Source of the DNA: Vitrella brassicaformis CCMP3155
Taxonomy: Eukaryota; Protista; Chromerida
Length of the DNA stretch: 41,921 nucleotides
Direction: 5' to 3'
NCBI GenBank assembly: GCA_001179505.1
Contig: CDMY01000618.1
Coordinates: forward strand, 1-41,921
Shown: positions 1-13,631 of the stretch, piece after piece
Position numbering within the stretch: position 1 is the stretch's first letter
How the letters are laid out: every line of letters starts with the position of its first letter
The notes under the pieces: generated by a model
Told to the model about the DNA's origin: nothing
Databases searched by the model: none
The model's input: the letters and a program-made list of their open reading frames with translations, nothing else
Program-made: the position numbers and the translations under genes

Positions 1-440
1 AGGGGAGGGTTTGCGGGACTGGGGTGTGCTGATGGGGCGGGGATTGATCCCTCCTCCCCTTGAGCCTGTTTGACTCTGCGTGCTGATGGGACTGTATTTG
101 TATGAGTATCACGGACACACAGACGAGTGTTACGGTTAATGACAGTTTCCCTCCAGCAAGACGACCATAAATTGGCACCGGTAACACCATAACAATGAGT
201 CCCAGTGTTTTGGCAGTTAAGGGCTCGACGAAAAACCTTGTCCCTTGGCCTGGCGTCGCCAGCCAGAAGGAAAACGATCCACTCTTGAAGCTGAGCTCGC
301 ATAGATGGAGCGGGAGGAAGAGAAATAACCATTTTTCTGTGCAAGGGGCAGAGGGGAGCGGGGCAAAGGACCACAGCTGAAGAGATCGTCTCGTGCCAGC
401 CGTGATCTGTGAGGCTTCGTGTGCGGTGTGCTGTAAGGAA

Positions 441-3400
441 ATGCGTGCCCTTCTCCTCGTCTGCCTCATCAGCGGCTGCCCGCCCTTCATGCGGCGTGGT
501 GGAGCGTTCCGGATGGTCCAGGAACCAGACGGTGAGAGTGTGGCATTGGTCAACACACATCATGCACTTGGTTTGACTCGTTGCAATTCAGGAGGCTGTG
601 TGGAGGACAGCAGGAGATCTAGTGACTGCTCAGATGAAGACCATGTCACCGTGGCCCCTCCAGCGAATGCCACGTGTTACGAATGGGATTATACCTACGA
701 GGGCTTCGATCTGCCTGACGAGCTCGGCCTTGGCCACACTGTCGCCAGACCATAGTAAGACAACAAACACACCGACTGACGTCGACAGCCAAGGAAGGCC
801 ACGGCTACTTTACCGCACTCATTCCCCTGTTGGCCCTCTGTGTTTGCAGTGACTGTCAGCGGGGGTGTGCGAGTAATGAGAGGTGTGTGGGGTGGACGCA
901 CTCGAAGATTGAGGGCTGCTACCTGAAGTCATCCAACGCGGGGCGGAAGCCCATGCCGCCAAACAAGACCGAGACCCAGGAGAACTGGTTCGTGTCGGGC
1001 GACAAGTTCAGTACTGACTGCGACAGGGGGTCGCTCGTGTCGCCCTGTTACGAATACAATGTAAGCCCAGGGCAGACACACGGCACCACCATAGCTATGC
1101 ATGGTGTCAACTGATGGATGGATGGTCTTCCTTCCGTTCCGCTCTCGTGTCCTCAGGTAGCGTGCATCACCGGTTGGGCGCGCAGCCATTACCGCGAGGG
1201 CATGGCCAATGTGACGCTGGAGGAGTGCCATGACTTGTGCCGCGGCGTGCCGATGTGTACGGTCTTCGCGTGGCACCATCGATACCCGAGGGACATGAAG
1301 GTCTACGAGAACATGTGAGCCCCCCAACCAACACACACACACCCAGTACTCACTGGTCGTTGTCCCTCCCTGTCTGCCTCATTAATTATGTCAGGTGCAT
1401 CCTCTGCAACAACAAAGACAGGAAGATCTGTACGCCAGGGGCAATAATGGGCCAGGTGGAGGGACGCGACTGTGGCCCCCCTGCCAGCATCACATTCCCG
1501 CCACAGCCCTTGCCGCCGCTGACTGAGGATGGCATGCACGGAAAGCTGGCCGACCCAGCGAAGTACTGGGGGCTTCCGACTGACAGCAACGCCAGGGCCC
1601 TCGGCAAAGAGGGAACGGCAGAGGAGCTGGCGTACCAGCGGGGCGATCTCGGAGTGCCATCCTTTCTGAGCAAGCCGCTGCGCTACGGCGTCACCGTCAA
1701 TGACACGGACAACAACGTCTACTACCATCTGGAGAACTGCGGATGCTGTAAGCCCTTGCCGGCACGCAAATGGACGGATGGATGGATGCATCTGGTCCAT
1801 CGGCTGTGTGAATGCAGATCACTTGGGCGTACAGCCGGATCCCAAGTCGTCAACGCTGCTGGCGAGCATGAAGTTGTAAGCCACCTCCACACGCGACACG
1901 ACACACGTGTGTGTTCCTTGGCACCTGTGTGGCTATGGATGTGTGCTGTGCTGTGCTGTGCGGGTGGCTACATCTGACAGGCAACTATACCCTGCCGAGC
2001 AGTGCCAGCAGCTGTGTCAGGAGGACGCCCAGTGTGAGGCCTTCACATCTTCGTTCTTCGTCTGTCTGCTGTGGAAGGACGTCTCTAAGTGGGTTTTGGA
2101 TCAAGTGGAGCCCATTGTGGTCTCAGGCCCCAAATGGTGCCCGGCAGCGCTGATTGACGCCGGCTACTCGTGTTCGATTGAGCACTACCGAGCACGGTTC
2201 AGTTCCTGGGCTCTGCTGTTCCTGTATGTGCCGAGCGATGTCACGATGCCCTATGGGCAAAGCTGCCCGTTCCACGTAGGACCCAGGCACCCTCAGAGGA
2301 GCGAACGACAATCTTGTCTGTCTGTTCATTCAGATTGACGTTGGCGTTATTGCGTTTCTGATGGTGGCGTGTGTGCTGCTGTTGACGGCTGGTGGGCTGG
2401 CGTGGCACAGCAGGAGGAGGCATGGCAACACAGTCGTCTGGCGAGTCATGGTGGCGACCGTCGCAATGCTGGGCACCGTGTTCCAACGTAAAGACCGACA
2501 GCGCCTCAGATGCATCTGCTCTCACTCCATCCACACGCTGCGTGTCTGTGTCTGTGTGCTTGTCTTGCGTGCGTCAGTCGCCTTTGCGGCGTTCCTGTTT
2601 GTGGATTCTTACAAAGGGTGGCTCGTGTACGTCACTATGATCCACCTCATCTGCATGGTCCTCTTCAACGAAGTGGTGGTCATCCTCAAGAACCTCAATT
2701 GGGTCAGTCAGTGCTCAGTGCAGTGCGTGGCTAATGTATGCCACCACACCACAAGACTCTCTCGGTCTCACATCTGTGTTTGTTTGTGTGTGGATGCAGG
2801 TAATGTCAGACCCATCCTATCGCCAGTGGTTCGACTCCTCGTCTACAAGCCCCGACAGACGGACCTTCAAGCTGCAGGGCAGTGACCGAGGGAGAGGCCA
2901 CGGAACCCTCCTTAAGAAGGCCGTGACCTGGTGTACCGTCGAGAACAGGCTCTCCGGGTCCACGTCGACGCCGCCAGACGAGGACGAGGACGAGCTTGAC
3001 AAGGACGAGGACGAGGACGAGCCTTTCACCATCAATTTTCCTATTGACCTTCTCAGTGATGCCACGGTGTTCCCTCCCTCCCTGGTTCTCCACCACCACC
3101 AGGAGCAGGATGAGCAGCAGCCTGCCCGGCCGGAAGTCGAGCCACACGAGCATCCGCATGGCGACGAGGCCATCCTGTCCGTGCAGTCGGTGGATGATGC
3201 CACCCCGCCCGGCACGCACTCCTTGCCGACCTTCTCGGCCTCCCTGGATGACTCCTTTGGTGTGTCGACCGACATGCTGGTCAAGGAGCCGCACCGTGGT
3301 GCGGAGATCAGGGCCAGTGATTCCCTAGAGTGGGAGGAGGGCAGGGGGCTCATGTTCGTCCTATTCGCCAGGTGAGTGAGTGGCGGAACAAACAAGACAG

Positions 3401-3914
3401 ACAAAGGAGGGGGGAGGGAGGGAGGGAGGGAGGGAAGGAGGAAGGTGGGATGGTAAGTGTGCATTGTATCGGTGCATATGTCTGTCTGTCTGTCTGGTGT
3501 GTGTGCAGCTTCTTCTCCATCTCGGTGCTCCACGTGTGCTGGTCGAATTTGTGGAGCCGGGCGTTCTTTGCCATCCCAGTGGCGTCCGACGCCTTCGTGT
3601 CGCTGGAGCTGCTCTCACTCGTCGGATCCCTTCCCATGCTCGCAATACAGGTACCTAGGTCAGAGAAGCCCCTCCCCGGCTTGACTCCTGCGTGCATGCG
3701 TCCATGTGGTGGCTCCTTCCTGTGTTGTTCTCACTTGCTGTCTGACTGGCAGGCGTGTGCGGTGTTCCTGAGCAGCAGCGACGGATTCCTGGCTGCCTAT
3801 GTGCCCCCCGTGACCCTCACGTGTCTGGTGCTGTCAGCGATTAATGTCGTCGGCGTGTTGGTGCGGTTTGTGTGGTGGCTCGTCGCGCGACGGCAGCCTC
3901 CGAAGGGCAAGTAG
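441..3914 (+). CDS. Signal peptide + 3 PAN/Apple domains + about 6-TM membrane region with an acidic loop (11 exons: 441-754, 850-1060, 1157-1314, 1395-1747, 1818-1875, 1981-2275, 2334-2487, 2578-2702, 2800-3371, 3509-3650, 3753-3914)
   Basis: GT-AG joins stay in frame. N-terminus MRALLLVCLISG. Apple-type Cys patterns: CYEWDYTYEGFDL..DCQRGCASNERCVGWT..CYLK; EECHDLCRGVPMCTVFAW; EQCQQLCQEDAQCEAFT..VSGPKWC. Several hydrophobic segments follow; TAG at 3912-3914. Confidence 0.8.
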
Positions 3915-5662
3915 TCAGGTCGGACATGCGTGCTGCCGTGGTTGATGGGGCGGCACCGATGGATGGGTGGATGGATGGATGGATGGATGGGGGGCATCAA
4001 TACGTGTGTGCCTGGCTTTGCCCATCAAGAAATCCGTGTGCCCGAAGATTCATCCGTTTGTGTGTATGACATACACACACGCTCATGCCAACACGCTGGC
4101 TTCATCCACATGTGGGCAGCTGGTGTTTTATGCTATGCCGACAGGCTGTTTGTGACCATGGTGTTCTCTCGGTATGCATGGGTGTTGGGAGGGGGATTGG
4201 TGCATTCATGTGTTCTTGGTGCATTCATCTGCAGTGAGTTTAAGGGAGGGTGAGTTCTTTCAAAAGGGGACACGACACGTCCGTCCCAAGGTTTATAAGT
4301 TGCTGATTGTGCATCATGCCGTGTGAGGTTTCTGAGAGCTTCATACTGTGCGGCTTGTTTGCCCGTCCACCCCATCCCCTCGTTCGTCCGTCCGCCCGCC
4401 TGCGGGAGCAGGCACTGGCCGATCGAGTGTAGGGCATGCAGGCAGACAGACAGGCCGCTGTCGTGTGCCTGCGTGCGGCGAAAGAGAGACAGGAAAGAGA
4501 AGTCCGCCGCCTTTGAAGCGATGTGTGTATGTGTATGTGTGTGTATGCATATTTGCATGCCATGCCACTCCCTCCTTGTGATTTTCGTTCGTACAACGGG
4601 TGTTGCCGCATAGCCTATGTAGGCTGCGTGTCCGTTGGTGTTTTCTGTGCTGCTCGGTGCCTGCCTTCCTGCTGATAGATCGGCATTCGGTCGTCGATCG
4701 ACGATTTTGGCTGGTGTGTGATTTACCTTCGTGTGGTGTGTGGGGACGGCACCTCAGGTGCGTGGGATGCCCTCCTCACTCACACATAGACAGAAAGGGA
4801 CGTCCGGACATTCATTGGTTGCCAGCTCAGCCCTCCATTGACGTCTGTGTGAGTGGCTGGCTGGCCGGGATTTGTGTGGTTTGTATGGTCTCTATGCATT
4901 ACATCAGTCACATCAGACAGACAGACAGGCAGTACCTTCCTTCCTACTGAGGGCAGGGGTGACGCCACGTGAGTGAGGGCATTTTTGCCGCCTCTCCCGG
5001 CCTGGCCGCGGCCTGTGTACGTACGTATGTGTAATGAATGAATGAATGAATGGCTGGCTTTGCCTACCGTGCCGTGCCGTGCGTGATTCATGGCCGGAGA
5101 TATGGATGCATCCATGTGCGCAGCGCGAGTTTGTTTGGTGCTTATCGCTCCTGGAACCAACTGAGCTGTCGCTCGAGAGTGCGTGTGAGGCTGGGACACT
5201 CACTGCTCTGCTTGTGTGTCCAGCCCTGTATTGTCTGTCTGTCTGTCTGTCTGTCTGTGGTTGTGTTTTTTCTATACGTCCGTATGCGGTCATGTGTGTA
5301 TAATATGTCTGTCGTCCCACTCTCCTCCTCGATGCTTCCTTCCTGTGACTTAAGGCGGTGTTCCGACTTGATGGTCTGGATGTTTCTTCCTTTGTGTTCG
5401 TACAGCGCCGTACGTACCGACATTTTGCGACTCATGCAGACGATGATCAGACGTGCCCTGACCGCTTTAAGGGCAGGAATGCAAAGAATGCATCGAATGA
5501 CAAATGACAAAGGCGCGATCTGCGAGCCTAGCTCAGGAGCTTTCCGAACTCGGAATCTGATGTGGTGAGCGTGTAGCAGCCATTTTCTGAATCTACCGAC
5601 CGGTGATCTTCCCTCCCTCCCTTGTGCTATAGTGCGCTCACGATAAGGCATCCGATCTGAAG

Positions 5663-8600
5663 ATGTTCTTCAAGCGCGTGTTCTCTGCGGGCAAGGCACG
5701 GGCCAGGCGGCAGCAGCAGCAGCGGGAGGGACCCAGCCCTCGGAGCCGTTCTCCCGAGAAGCCACCGGCCGAGCCGACCCTGAGCCCCTCCCACTTCAGC
5801 GCCAACTCACCGCTGCCGCTGGGCATGTGCAACTCCACCGATCTCATGGCGTACGACCCCGTCCTGCACCTCATGGCGCTCCCACTCAACACAGGCAACA
5901 TGCGCATCGTCTCAAGGTATGTCAGCGGACAAGCGAAGCAACACACAGACACACACACATGCCGGGTGTCAGTCAGATGGACGGATGTGGTTTGGTGTGT
6001 GGCTTCTCTTCTGCAGTGAGCTCGAGTACATACTCGAGAACACGGCAGTGGCGGTGCGCTTCGACACGGTGGCCTTCATCGCCGGCAAGGGGCTCATCAT
6101 CACCACAGGCGTGTCCGCCACCGGCAGGCACCTCATCCAGTTCTGGAACCTCGCCGCTGCCGACACCGTGGCTGCCTCAGAGTTCTCCCCCTCCACCCTC
6201 ACTGTCCGCTTCCGCACTACCGTGCTGGAGAAGAGCACTGGCACCCCTGCACTTGGCCCCGTCACCCCCGTCATGAGCCCGGCGGCCTCACCTCGGCTCT
6301 TCTACCTGGGCACCGATGAGGGCGATGGTGAGTGAGCAGACTGCAAAGAAAGGGTATCTATCACACATCATGTCATGCCTGTCTGTCTGTCTGCATGTCT
6401 GTCTGTGTTTGTGTGGTACGGTACATGGTGCGTTCAGTCCGGATTGTAGACGCGATGCGTCGGGAGCTGACGTCATACTGCATCGCTCGCGAGATGGTGG
6501 GCAAGGAGCTGACCAGTGTGTTTGGCAACGGATGGGCCGAGGCATTTGCTGACCCTGTCAAGCCACTGCCTGTCCGCCTGCCCGAAACGGCCACCTCCCG
6601 CCCCACCGCCACTGTCGGGTTTGTGGTCACGGGCATCGCTGAGAACCCCGTGGAGCCATCACGTCTGCTCATCGGCTATGCGGGGGGCATTGTGGTGGAA
6701 TGGAGCCTCGACAAATGCAAGTGAGCCAGAGAGACCACTGAGGGAGGCAGGGAAGGAGGGAGGGAGGGAGAGTGGTCTGGCATGCGTAGGTGATTATATG
6801 TGATGTGGGTGCTGTGTTGGATTGGTGCGGTGCCTGCAGGGTGTCCCGTATCTTTAGTTCAGTCGGCAGTGGTCGCCCCGGGCTGCCCAACTTTTCGGTC
6901 CACTCGCTGACATGGCACCCCGACGGTCGGCTGTTTGCCGTGGCGGGCATGGGTGGAGGCGGGGCCATCCCGCGGGAGCCCCTGGTGCTGGTCTTCAACT
7001 CTCACGGCAAGATCGCCTGCCCCGCTGCTACCGTGTCGCTCCCTGGCGTCACTGGCGCCACACTCAGGGTTAGCGAGAGGCCACACACCACACCAGCAAC
7101 TAGGTGCCCTGCATAGAGGCATCTCCGGTCTTCCTGTCTCTTGTGTGTCGTGTTCGCAGGCTGCGATCGTGCCGTTCATTTACTGGGACGCCCCCGCCAC
7201 CACAGCTCCCCCTCCACCCCCACCAATCATCAAGACACAATCACCCTCGACGCCGGGCGGTCGCCCCCAAAGACCCCCTCCTACTGCTGCAGGCTCATTG
7301 CAGGTGCCCGCTCAGGCACCTCCAAGCGCAGTCGTTATCGGTGGATCCATCGCAGCATCGCGGGGCCATCCCCAAGCGTCGTCGGCCCCCTTACCTCAGG
7401 GCGTCACCGTCCCGGCCCAGCCGCATGCAGCGTCATCGAGCGGCGAGGGTCTGTCGTCATCGGCAGTGTTGATTGGCCATCTGTATGTGATGACTCGCCC
7501 GGCGCCATCGGAGGGCTTCGTTAGGAAGGGCACCAAGATGGAGGAGCTGGTGCCTGAGCCCGATGCAGCAGAGAAGACCAAGGACAAGCCGCCGGCGGCG
7601 GGGGACGAGCAGAGCCCGCAGTCCAAGAACGTGTTCGAAGCCTTGGCGCAGGAGCAGCAGCTGGATGACAAGACGACCAATGCCGAGGCAGCTGATGCTG
7701 GTGCGAGTGTGGAGGCGGAGGTCGACGTGGCGGCCTCGCCGCAGGGCACCTCCTACTCCCTCCCCACCATCAGCGTGAGGTCTTCAACGGACCTCAGAGT
7801 CAATAGCGGCGACGAATACAATTTGTGGAAGCTCAAGGGCCACCTGTGGACGCAGGCCACCGCCATCTTCGCTCCCGCATCCTGCCCCGACGGCCTCGAC
7901 GCAGTCACGCTCATCCCACCCCCTCAGATCAGGCTGCCGCCCGGGGCGTATCGAGTCACCAACGGCCTGGTCGGCCCGGGGCTGCCACTAGATGTGGAGG
8001 CAGCGGGAGGGAGAATAGGCGACGAGGTCCACCGGCTGATCACCCCGGTCGAGGGCGGGCTCTCCGCCATCGCATTGACGGCCGCCCCCTACCACCGCCT
8101 GATCGGTGCCGTGTTGGTTGCCGGCTCCGTGAGCTCTTCATCGAGCCCGAGGGGCAGCTCTGCGTCACTTCAGGAGGGGCAGTGGACGGCAGTTGAGGCG
8201 TGCGAGTCGGCAGAGCCCCGCAGGCTGACCCATCCGATAGAGTTCACCCCCGAGTGGCAGTCGCTTCAGATGGGAGGCGTCAGCTCCATCAAGTATGTGC
8301 CCAGGGGAGGGGCAGCGGGGGGCGAGGGCGACGCGGGCACCACCGAATCCAACTCGGTCGACCATTCCGTCAACGCCATGTTTACCACGCGGACGCGGCG
8401 GATGCTGGGGCAGCTGAGGCGATCGATTGACCCACTGGCCATGGCCACTGCGGGGTCGGACAGCGGCGAGAGGGATCGAATGGAGCTGAGACAGGAGGAC
8501 ATGATCCCCATCGCGTCGAGCACATGGGGCAGATCGACGGAAGAGTTCTACAGCGGTGTCCTCGTCACGGGCCACAAGGACGGCAGCGTCAAACTGTGGG

Positions 8601-11524
8601 CGGTGTTCCACGCCCACCTGGTGCTCCTTCACGTCATCTCGTGCATCAGCAGCCCGCTCGACCACCCATCCCGCCGTAGCTCGCGAGTGTTCGGTGAGGT
8701 GGGGAGTGACAGTGGCGGCGAGAGGTGCGTGTTGGATGAGGCGGACAGCCGTCCAGTGGTGAGGCTGATGCCGATGGAGCCCTCGGTGAGTGCCGTGGAG
8801 GTGTGGGTGGACGCCAAGGAGCTCGAGAGGCGGGACTATGTGGTGATGGGGTGCGAGAGCGGGGAGGTGTGCGTGTGGAGATGGCAGATGACCGCTGCAC
8901 CACTGGCGCCGTCCGAGTGCCTCGAGATGCAAGTACAGCAAGTGAGTGAGCCGAGCGAGCCACATTCCACCAGACAGGCATGGGTGTGTGGATGGATGGA
9001 TGGATGCTATGTGTCTTCTTTGTCGCCGTTGGTTGCCTGCCTGCAGATGGTTGAGACGGAGCCGGGTCATGAGCAAGAGGTGCACGAGCAGCTCACATCC
9101 GCCCAGATCCCCTCTCCCTCGCAATCCCCTTGTCCCTCCCAGCCTATTGGTCCCCGACAAGCCATGTTCATGCGACAAGACACCCGAGACCAGAAGCAAG
9201 GCTCACCGACACACTCCCCCACACATACACATGGGAGGCAGCCCACCGGCCCCTCCGCCCCTCTGCTGTCATACGGGTTTCAGTGCTGTCTGCGGGTCAT
9301 GCACCACCACAACCCCATCACTGTCGTGGCCATCGTACCCCTCTCGATGCTCGAGACGCAGAAGCTGGTCCTCGTCTCTGCTGGTGAGGAAGGAGCGCAC
9401 TGCATGGTGCACACGCAAAGACGTCCGGGGGCGGTGGAATTGAAGCAGCCCTTTGGTGTTTGCCCTGCTTGTCTGTGTGTGTGCAGACGCTATGGGTCAG
9501 CTGTGCGTGACGGATCTGACCACAGGGGACTGCCTGCTCAACAAACTAGTGCCAGAGGGGGAAACCAACGAGGGTGCCGCCCGCGAGCTGGCCAAAGCCT
9601 TCAGCGTGGGGTCTCTCGGCTGGACGTCCATCGACGCATTTACGCCCCTCAAAGCCACCCACCCCCTCAGCTTCTCGCAAACAGACCCAGCCGACTCACC
9701 AGAGGAGCCGCCGACTGACCTCCAGGCCACCACGCAATGGACAAAGGGATATGGACTGATCGGTCTGTCCAACGGGGAGCTGGTGCAGCTGGACTTTGCA
9801 GCCAATACCGTGTTGACGGGGGCCGTGTACCGCACCACGCTGCCAGAGGGCGGACACATCATACTGCTGGAGGAGCTGGGCGGCGACGAGAGGGAGAGTG
9901 AAGGAGACGAGGGGGGTCGACGCAGCAGCGAGGAGTCATCGAGCGGGGCAGCGATGCCCATTAATGTGGTGGTGGCTGTGAGGGCGCACTGGGCGGGAAT
10001 CGTCCACTGCGACAATGGACAGCCCGCAAGGGTGGGTGACGGGAGGCCAGGGCGTGGGAGTGGACGCAGATGAGTGGTGTGTGTCATGAGTTCTTTCTCT
10101 ATGGTTTGTGTGTGTGTGTGTGTGTGTGTGTGCAGGTGACGGGCGTTGCCTTTCAGCGAGAGGCGATCCACGCCTGCACAGCCACATTTGAGGGATGCCC
10201 ATGCCTGGTACATACGTATGCCAACACACTCACTCACTCATTCGTCTGCACATCTCATCCTTTATGTCTGTCCCGGCGGCCACCATCGCAGGTTATCATC
10301 TTCCGCGGCGGCCACGTGCACGTATTCCTCATTAGAGTCTCAGAGGAAGACCCGTCCCCCTCCCTCTCCCCCCTGCCCACCCTCACCCTCCACCTCGCAT
10401 CGTCCCTCTCGGCCCTGCAGCAGCTCCTCACACCCACGGACCGATCGTCCAAGCTCCACCGATTCAACCTGGCGTCATTCGTGCCAACCCCCTCATCCCA
10501 CGCCCTCATCGCCACCCGTCTGAGCGACGAGGAGACCTGGCGTGGCGGTGACCCATCAGGCGTCTTTTGGACGTCCATCGCACGGTCGTCACGGGACAAG
10601 GACGCCCGGTGGCGCGCCGACAACTGGCGAACACTCTCCAGGTTGTGTCAGTCAGTGGCGATGGGCGAGCGATGGCAGAGGGGGAGCGGGAGTGAGGATG
10701 ATGGAGGGGGCGGGGTGCGGCCGACATCCTTCTGGCAGAGCATCAACCGGAACCTCTTTGGCGGGCCCAGGTCGGGGAGTCTGTCGGACTGGATTGACGA
10801 CGGGGCCAGCAGACGGGAGACCAACGGCGACCTCATCGATGCCCAGAGGGGGTGGAAACCTGCACAGGAAGACTTCTCGCCGGGACCTGGTACACACACA
10901 CACACACACACACACAGAGAGAGAGACGGCTCGTACCAGTTAGTTCATCATCTTCCTCCCGTGCACGCATCGTATCGTGTGTGTCATGCAGGCGATCCGC
11001 AGTACAACCGTGCGTCGGTTCCCAAGCCCCGCCCGCCGCCCCCGCCCACGACGGCAGTGAGAATGAGCGACCCTGACGTGGCGGCATCGGCATGGATGGA
11101 CCAGGTCCGCGCCACCAAGGCACCACCGCCGTCGACACGAGCAGCCGGCAATGACACCAATGCGGAGCGTCAGCGTGTGCGTGAGGGCGCGGCTGGGGTG
11201 CAGCAGTCGCTGGGGCAGGCCAAGGACACTGTGGGCAAGAACATTGAGCGACTGCAGGTAAGTCGACGGACGGATGCGGCGACATTGATTGATTGCACGA
11301 CTGGGTGGGACCTTTTCTGTGTCTGTCTGTCTTTGTGTTGTGTGTGGCCTGGACTGCCTGCAGGGTGTGTCGCTGAAAACCGACCAGTTGGCGGCCGATG
11401 CCCAGGAGTTCTACAGCATGGCCAAACAGGCAGGCAGAACAAACTATAGCCAGGAGCAGAAACTCACAACCTCTTATCTGTTTGCGGCCCTGTTTGTCCG
11501 CAGTTGGCCAACCGCTACAAGTAA
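5663..11524 (+). CDS. Tomosyn/Lgl/Sro7-family WD40 protein with C-terminal R-SNARE-like motif
   Basis: Family motifs AYDPVLHLMAL, ENPVEPSRLLIGYAGGIVVEW, LTWHPDGRLF, LVTGHKDGSVKLW. C-terminal heptads LQGVSLKTDQLAADAQEFYSMAKQ(LANRYK). Exons 5663-5916, 6017-6328, 6439-6720, 6840-7068, 7160-8941, 9048-9384, 9488-10030, 10136-10207, 10292-10889, 10992-11257, 11363-11429, 11504-11524 (some internal junctions may be off by 1 nt). Confidence 0.85.
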
Positions 11525-12133
11525 AGAGAGAGTGAGTCGACGAGCTCGCAGGGCAGGCGGCGAAGGTTTTCAGTGCGTGTGCTGCTGGTGCGGTCTTGTG
11601 GGGTGTGTAGATCTGCGCCAGTGAGTGCAGACAGACGATAGATGGATTGATTATGTAGGCCATTCATTTCGTATTGTGTGTGACGCGACGTTTTGTGAGA
11701 CGTGCCATGCGAACGAGCAACCATTCATTCATTCATTCACATGCCATCCATGTCTGTCTTTGCCGTACGTCCATGCCCCCACCACCCCACCCACCGAGGC
11801 CGCTCCCCCCCTCTGAACACATTCACGAGTCCGTTCCTTCCGAGACAATCGATCAGTCAGTCATTTTGTCAGTCGCTATCCGCGTACCTATACACTGCCT
11901 ATGCACACCGCCGACATGCCAGGCCAGCAAGGCACCATGCCATTGCCTTCTCTCACTGTGTCAGTCAGTCAGTCATTGTATACATCCATCCCATCCATCC
12001 ACCAGCCAGACAGGAAGCCATACAGCCATACCGACATCCATCCATCCATCCAAAGGTAACCCAACCCCCCAAAGCGAAATCGACTCCACGGCCTCTCTCT
12101 CTCTTTGCTCTTCCTTCCTCCGCATTCCGTCGG

Positions 12134-13631
12134 TCAGTAGAGGGGCTGCGAGAAAGTCTGCATTGGGATCGCCTGGCCCGTCACGACCGGCATGTCGATC
12201 GGGAAGGTGGCCAGCTCCATTTCCTGGGCTGCAGCGATCTGCGGCTGGTAGATCAGAGGCCACCCCTCCGTCGACTGCATCTGCATGGCCGCGGCGAAAG
12301 GGTCATGCATCTGCGCGGGGGGGTAGGATGGGTAAGAGAGTATGGGCGCCAGCACTGGGCCCGGCCCCCTGGGGCCAGGCGGGAAGTCGCGCGGCAGGGG
12401 CTGGTAGGTCTCGCCGCCGAGGGCGCGGGGTGGCGGCCGCTGTCTGGGGTTGTTGATCATTTCCTCAATGTCGACAAAGACGAGCGATTTGCGGCAGAGG
12501 CCTTTGCAGAAGTCGAATAGGTTGGCGCAGATGTTGGGGGAGTAGAAGTACCAGTTGGTGCGGTAAGACCGCTTGTACCGCTCGTTGGTCGTCTGGTTGG
12601 TCAACGCCAGCCACGAGTGGTAGAGCGTCAGCCATCCCACAAAGCCGCCGAACGCCACGCAGTGCAGACACCAGACCAGCGACACCCACGACTGCCAGTG
12701 GAACCGCCTCAAACTGCCTGCATTGCATGCGAGGGATGGATGGATGGATGGATGGGCAGACACGCACTCACAAACTGTCTGTCCACTTGTCTGTCCGTTC
12801 CTGTCTCCTCTCGTCTCTCTGTGTGAGTGTGTTACTTCTTTTGCTTACTGTTGAAGTCCATGTGCAGGAATCCCTTAGGAAGGTCGTATGCGAGTAGTTT
12901 GGCGTTGACGGTGAATCCCTCGAGCAGCAGTAGGCTGGTGAGCCATAGCCAGAGGAGGAAGCATGGGTGGTTGCGGGCGCCGATGCACTGGCTGACCCAG
13001 GGGCAGTGGTGGTCGAACCGGTCCACACACATGTCGCACCAGCTGCAGTGCTTACCACGCAAAGGACGCCAGATCTTGCACGTGTCACACCTGGATCATA
13101 TCCACACACACATACACACACGCAGACCAGACAAGTGTCTGTCTGTCTCTTTGTGCGTCTTCTGTGATACCATTTTCGCCAGATTCGGTGTCCGTTGACA
13201 TAGACGTCTTTGCAGGTGTTGCGTGGGTGGTCCTCAGTGGGGTGCGGGTTCCTCAGGCAGAATCCCGGCTCACGCCAGACGATCAACACGAACAGCACCA
13301 CAATCGACACCACCGTCAGGACCGGCATGTACACCAGGTGAAAGAGCACCTCCCTCTCACCCGCCAGGTCGTCGCTATGCACGTACAGCCACGGCAGCGT
13401 TACCACCACAGACCATATCACCGGCGCCAGCTTGGCCAGCAGCGTCGTCCACACAGATGGGAGGGTCTCCCGAGCCATCAGCCCCCGGCCGTCGCAGCAC
13501 ACGTCGTGGTCGCCACGCCAGCCGTCGGGGCCGATCAGCAGCTCAGGGCATGAGCATGACTGTGACGGCATGAGTGCCATGAGGTCTTCATCGACCTCGA
13601 CGATGCGCAGCGGGTCCAGTGGAGACCGCAT
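12134..13631 (-). CDS. DHHC palmitoyltransferase (S-acyltransferase)
   Basis: Exons 13631-13171, 13090-12849, 12717-12134 give [40 protein letters not shown], flanking TM helices and a TNQTTNE (TTxE) motif. Confidence 0.92.

Noticed and set aside
195-380. 61-aa ORF upstream of the Apple gene
   Set aside because: Short, no motif; more likely promoter/5'UTR.
3915-5662. ORFs between gene 1 and tomosyn (e.g. 5050-5568, 5142-5651)
   Set aside because: Microsatellite-derived low-complexity translations; no coherent spliced model.
8165-9199. Long antisense ORFs (also 18137-19129, 23148-23930, 29180-30019, 33561-34073, 36515-37210)
   Set aside because: Shadows of GC-rich coding exons on the opposite strand; no independent motifs.
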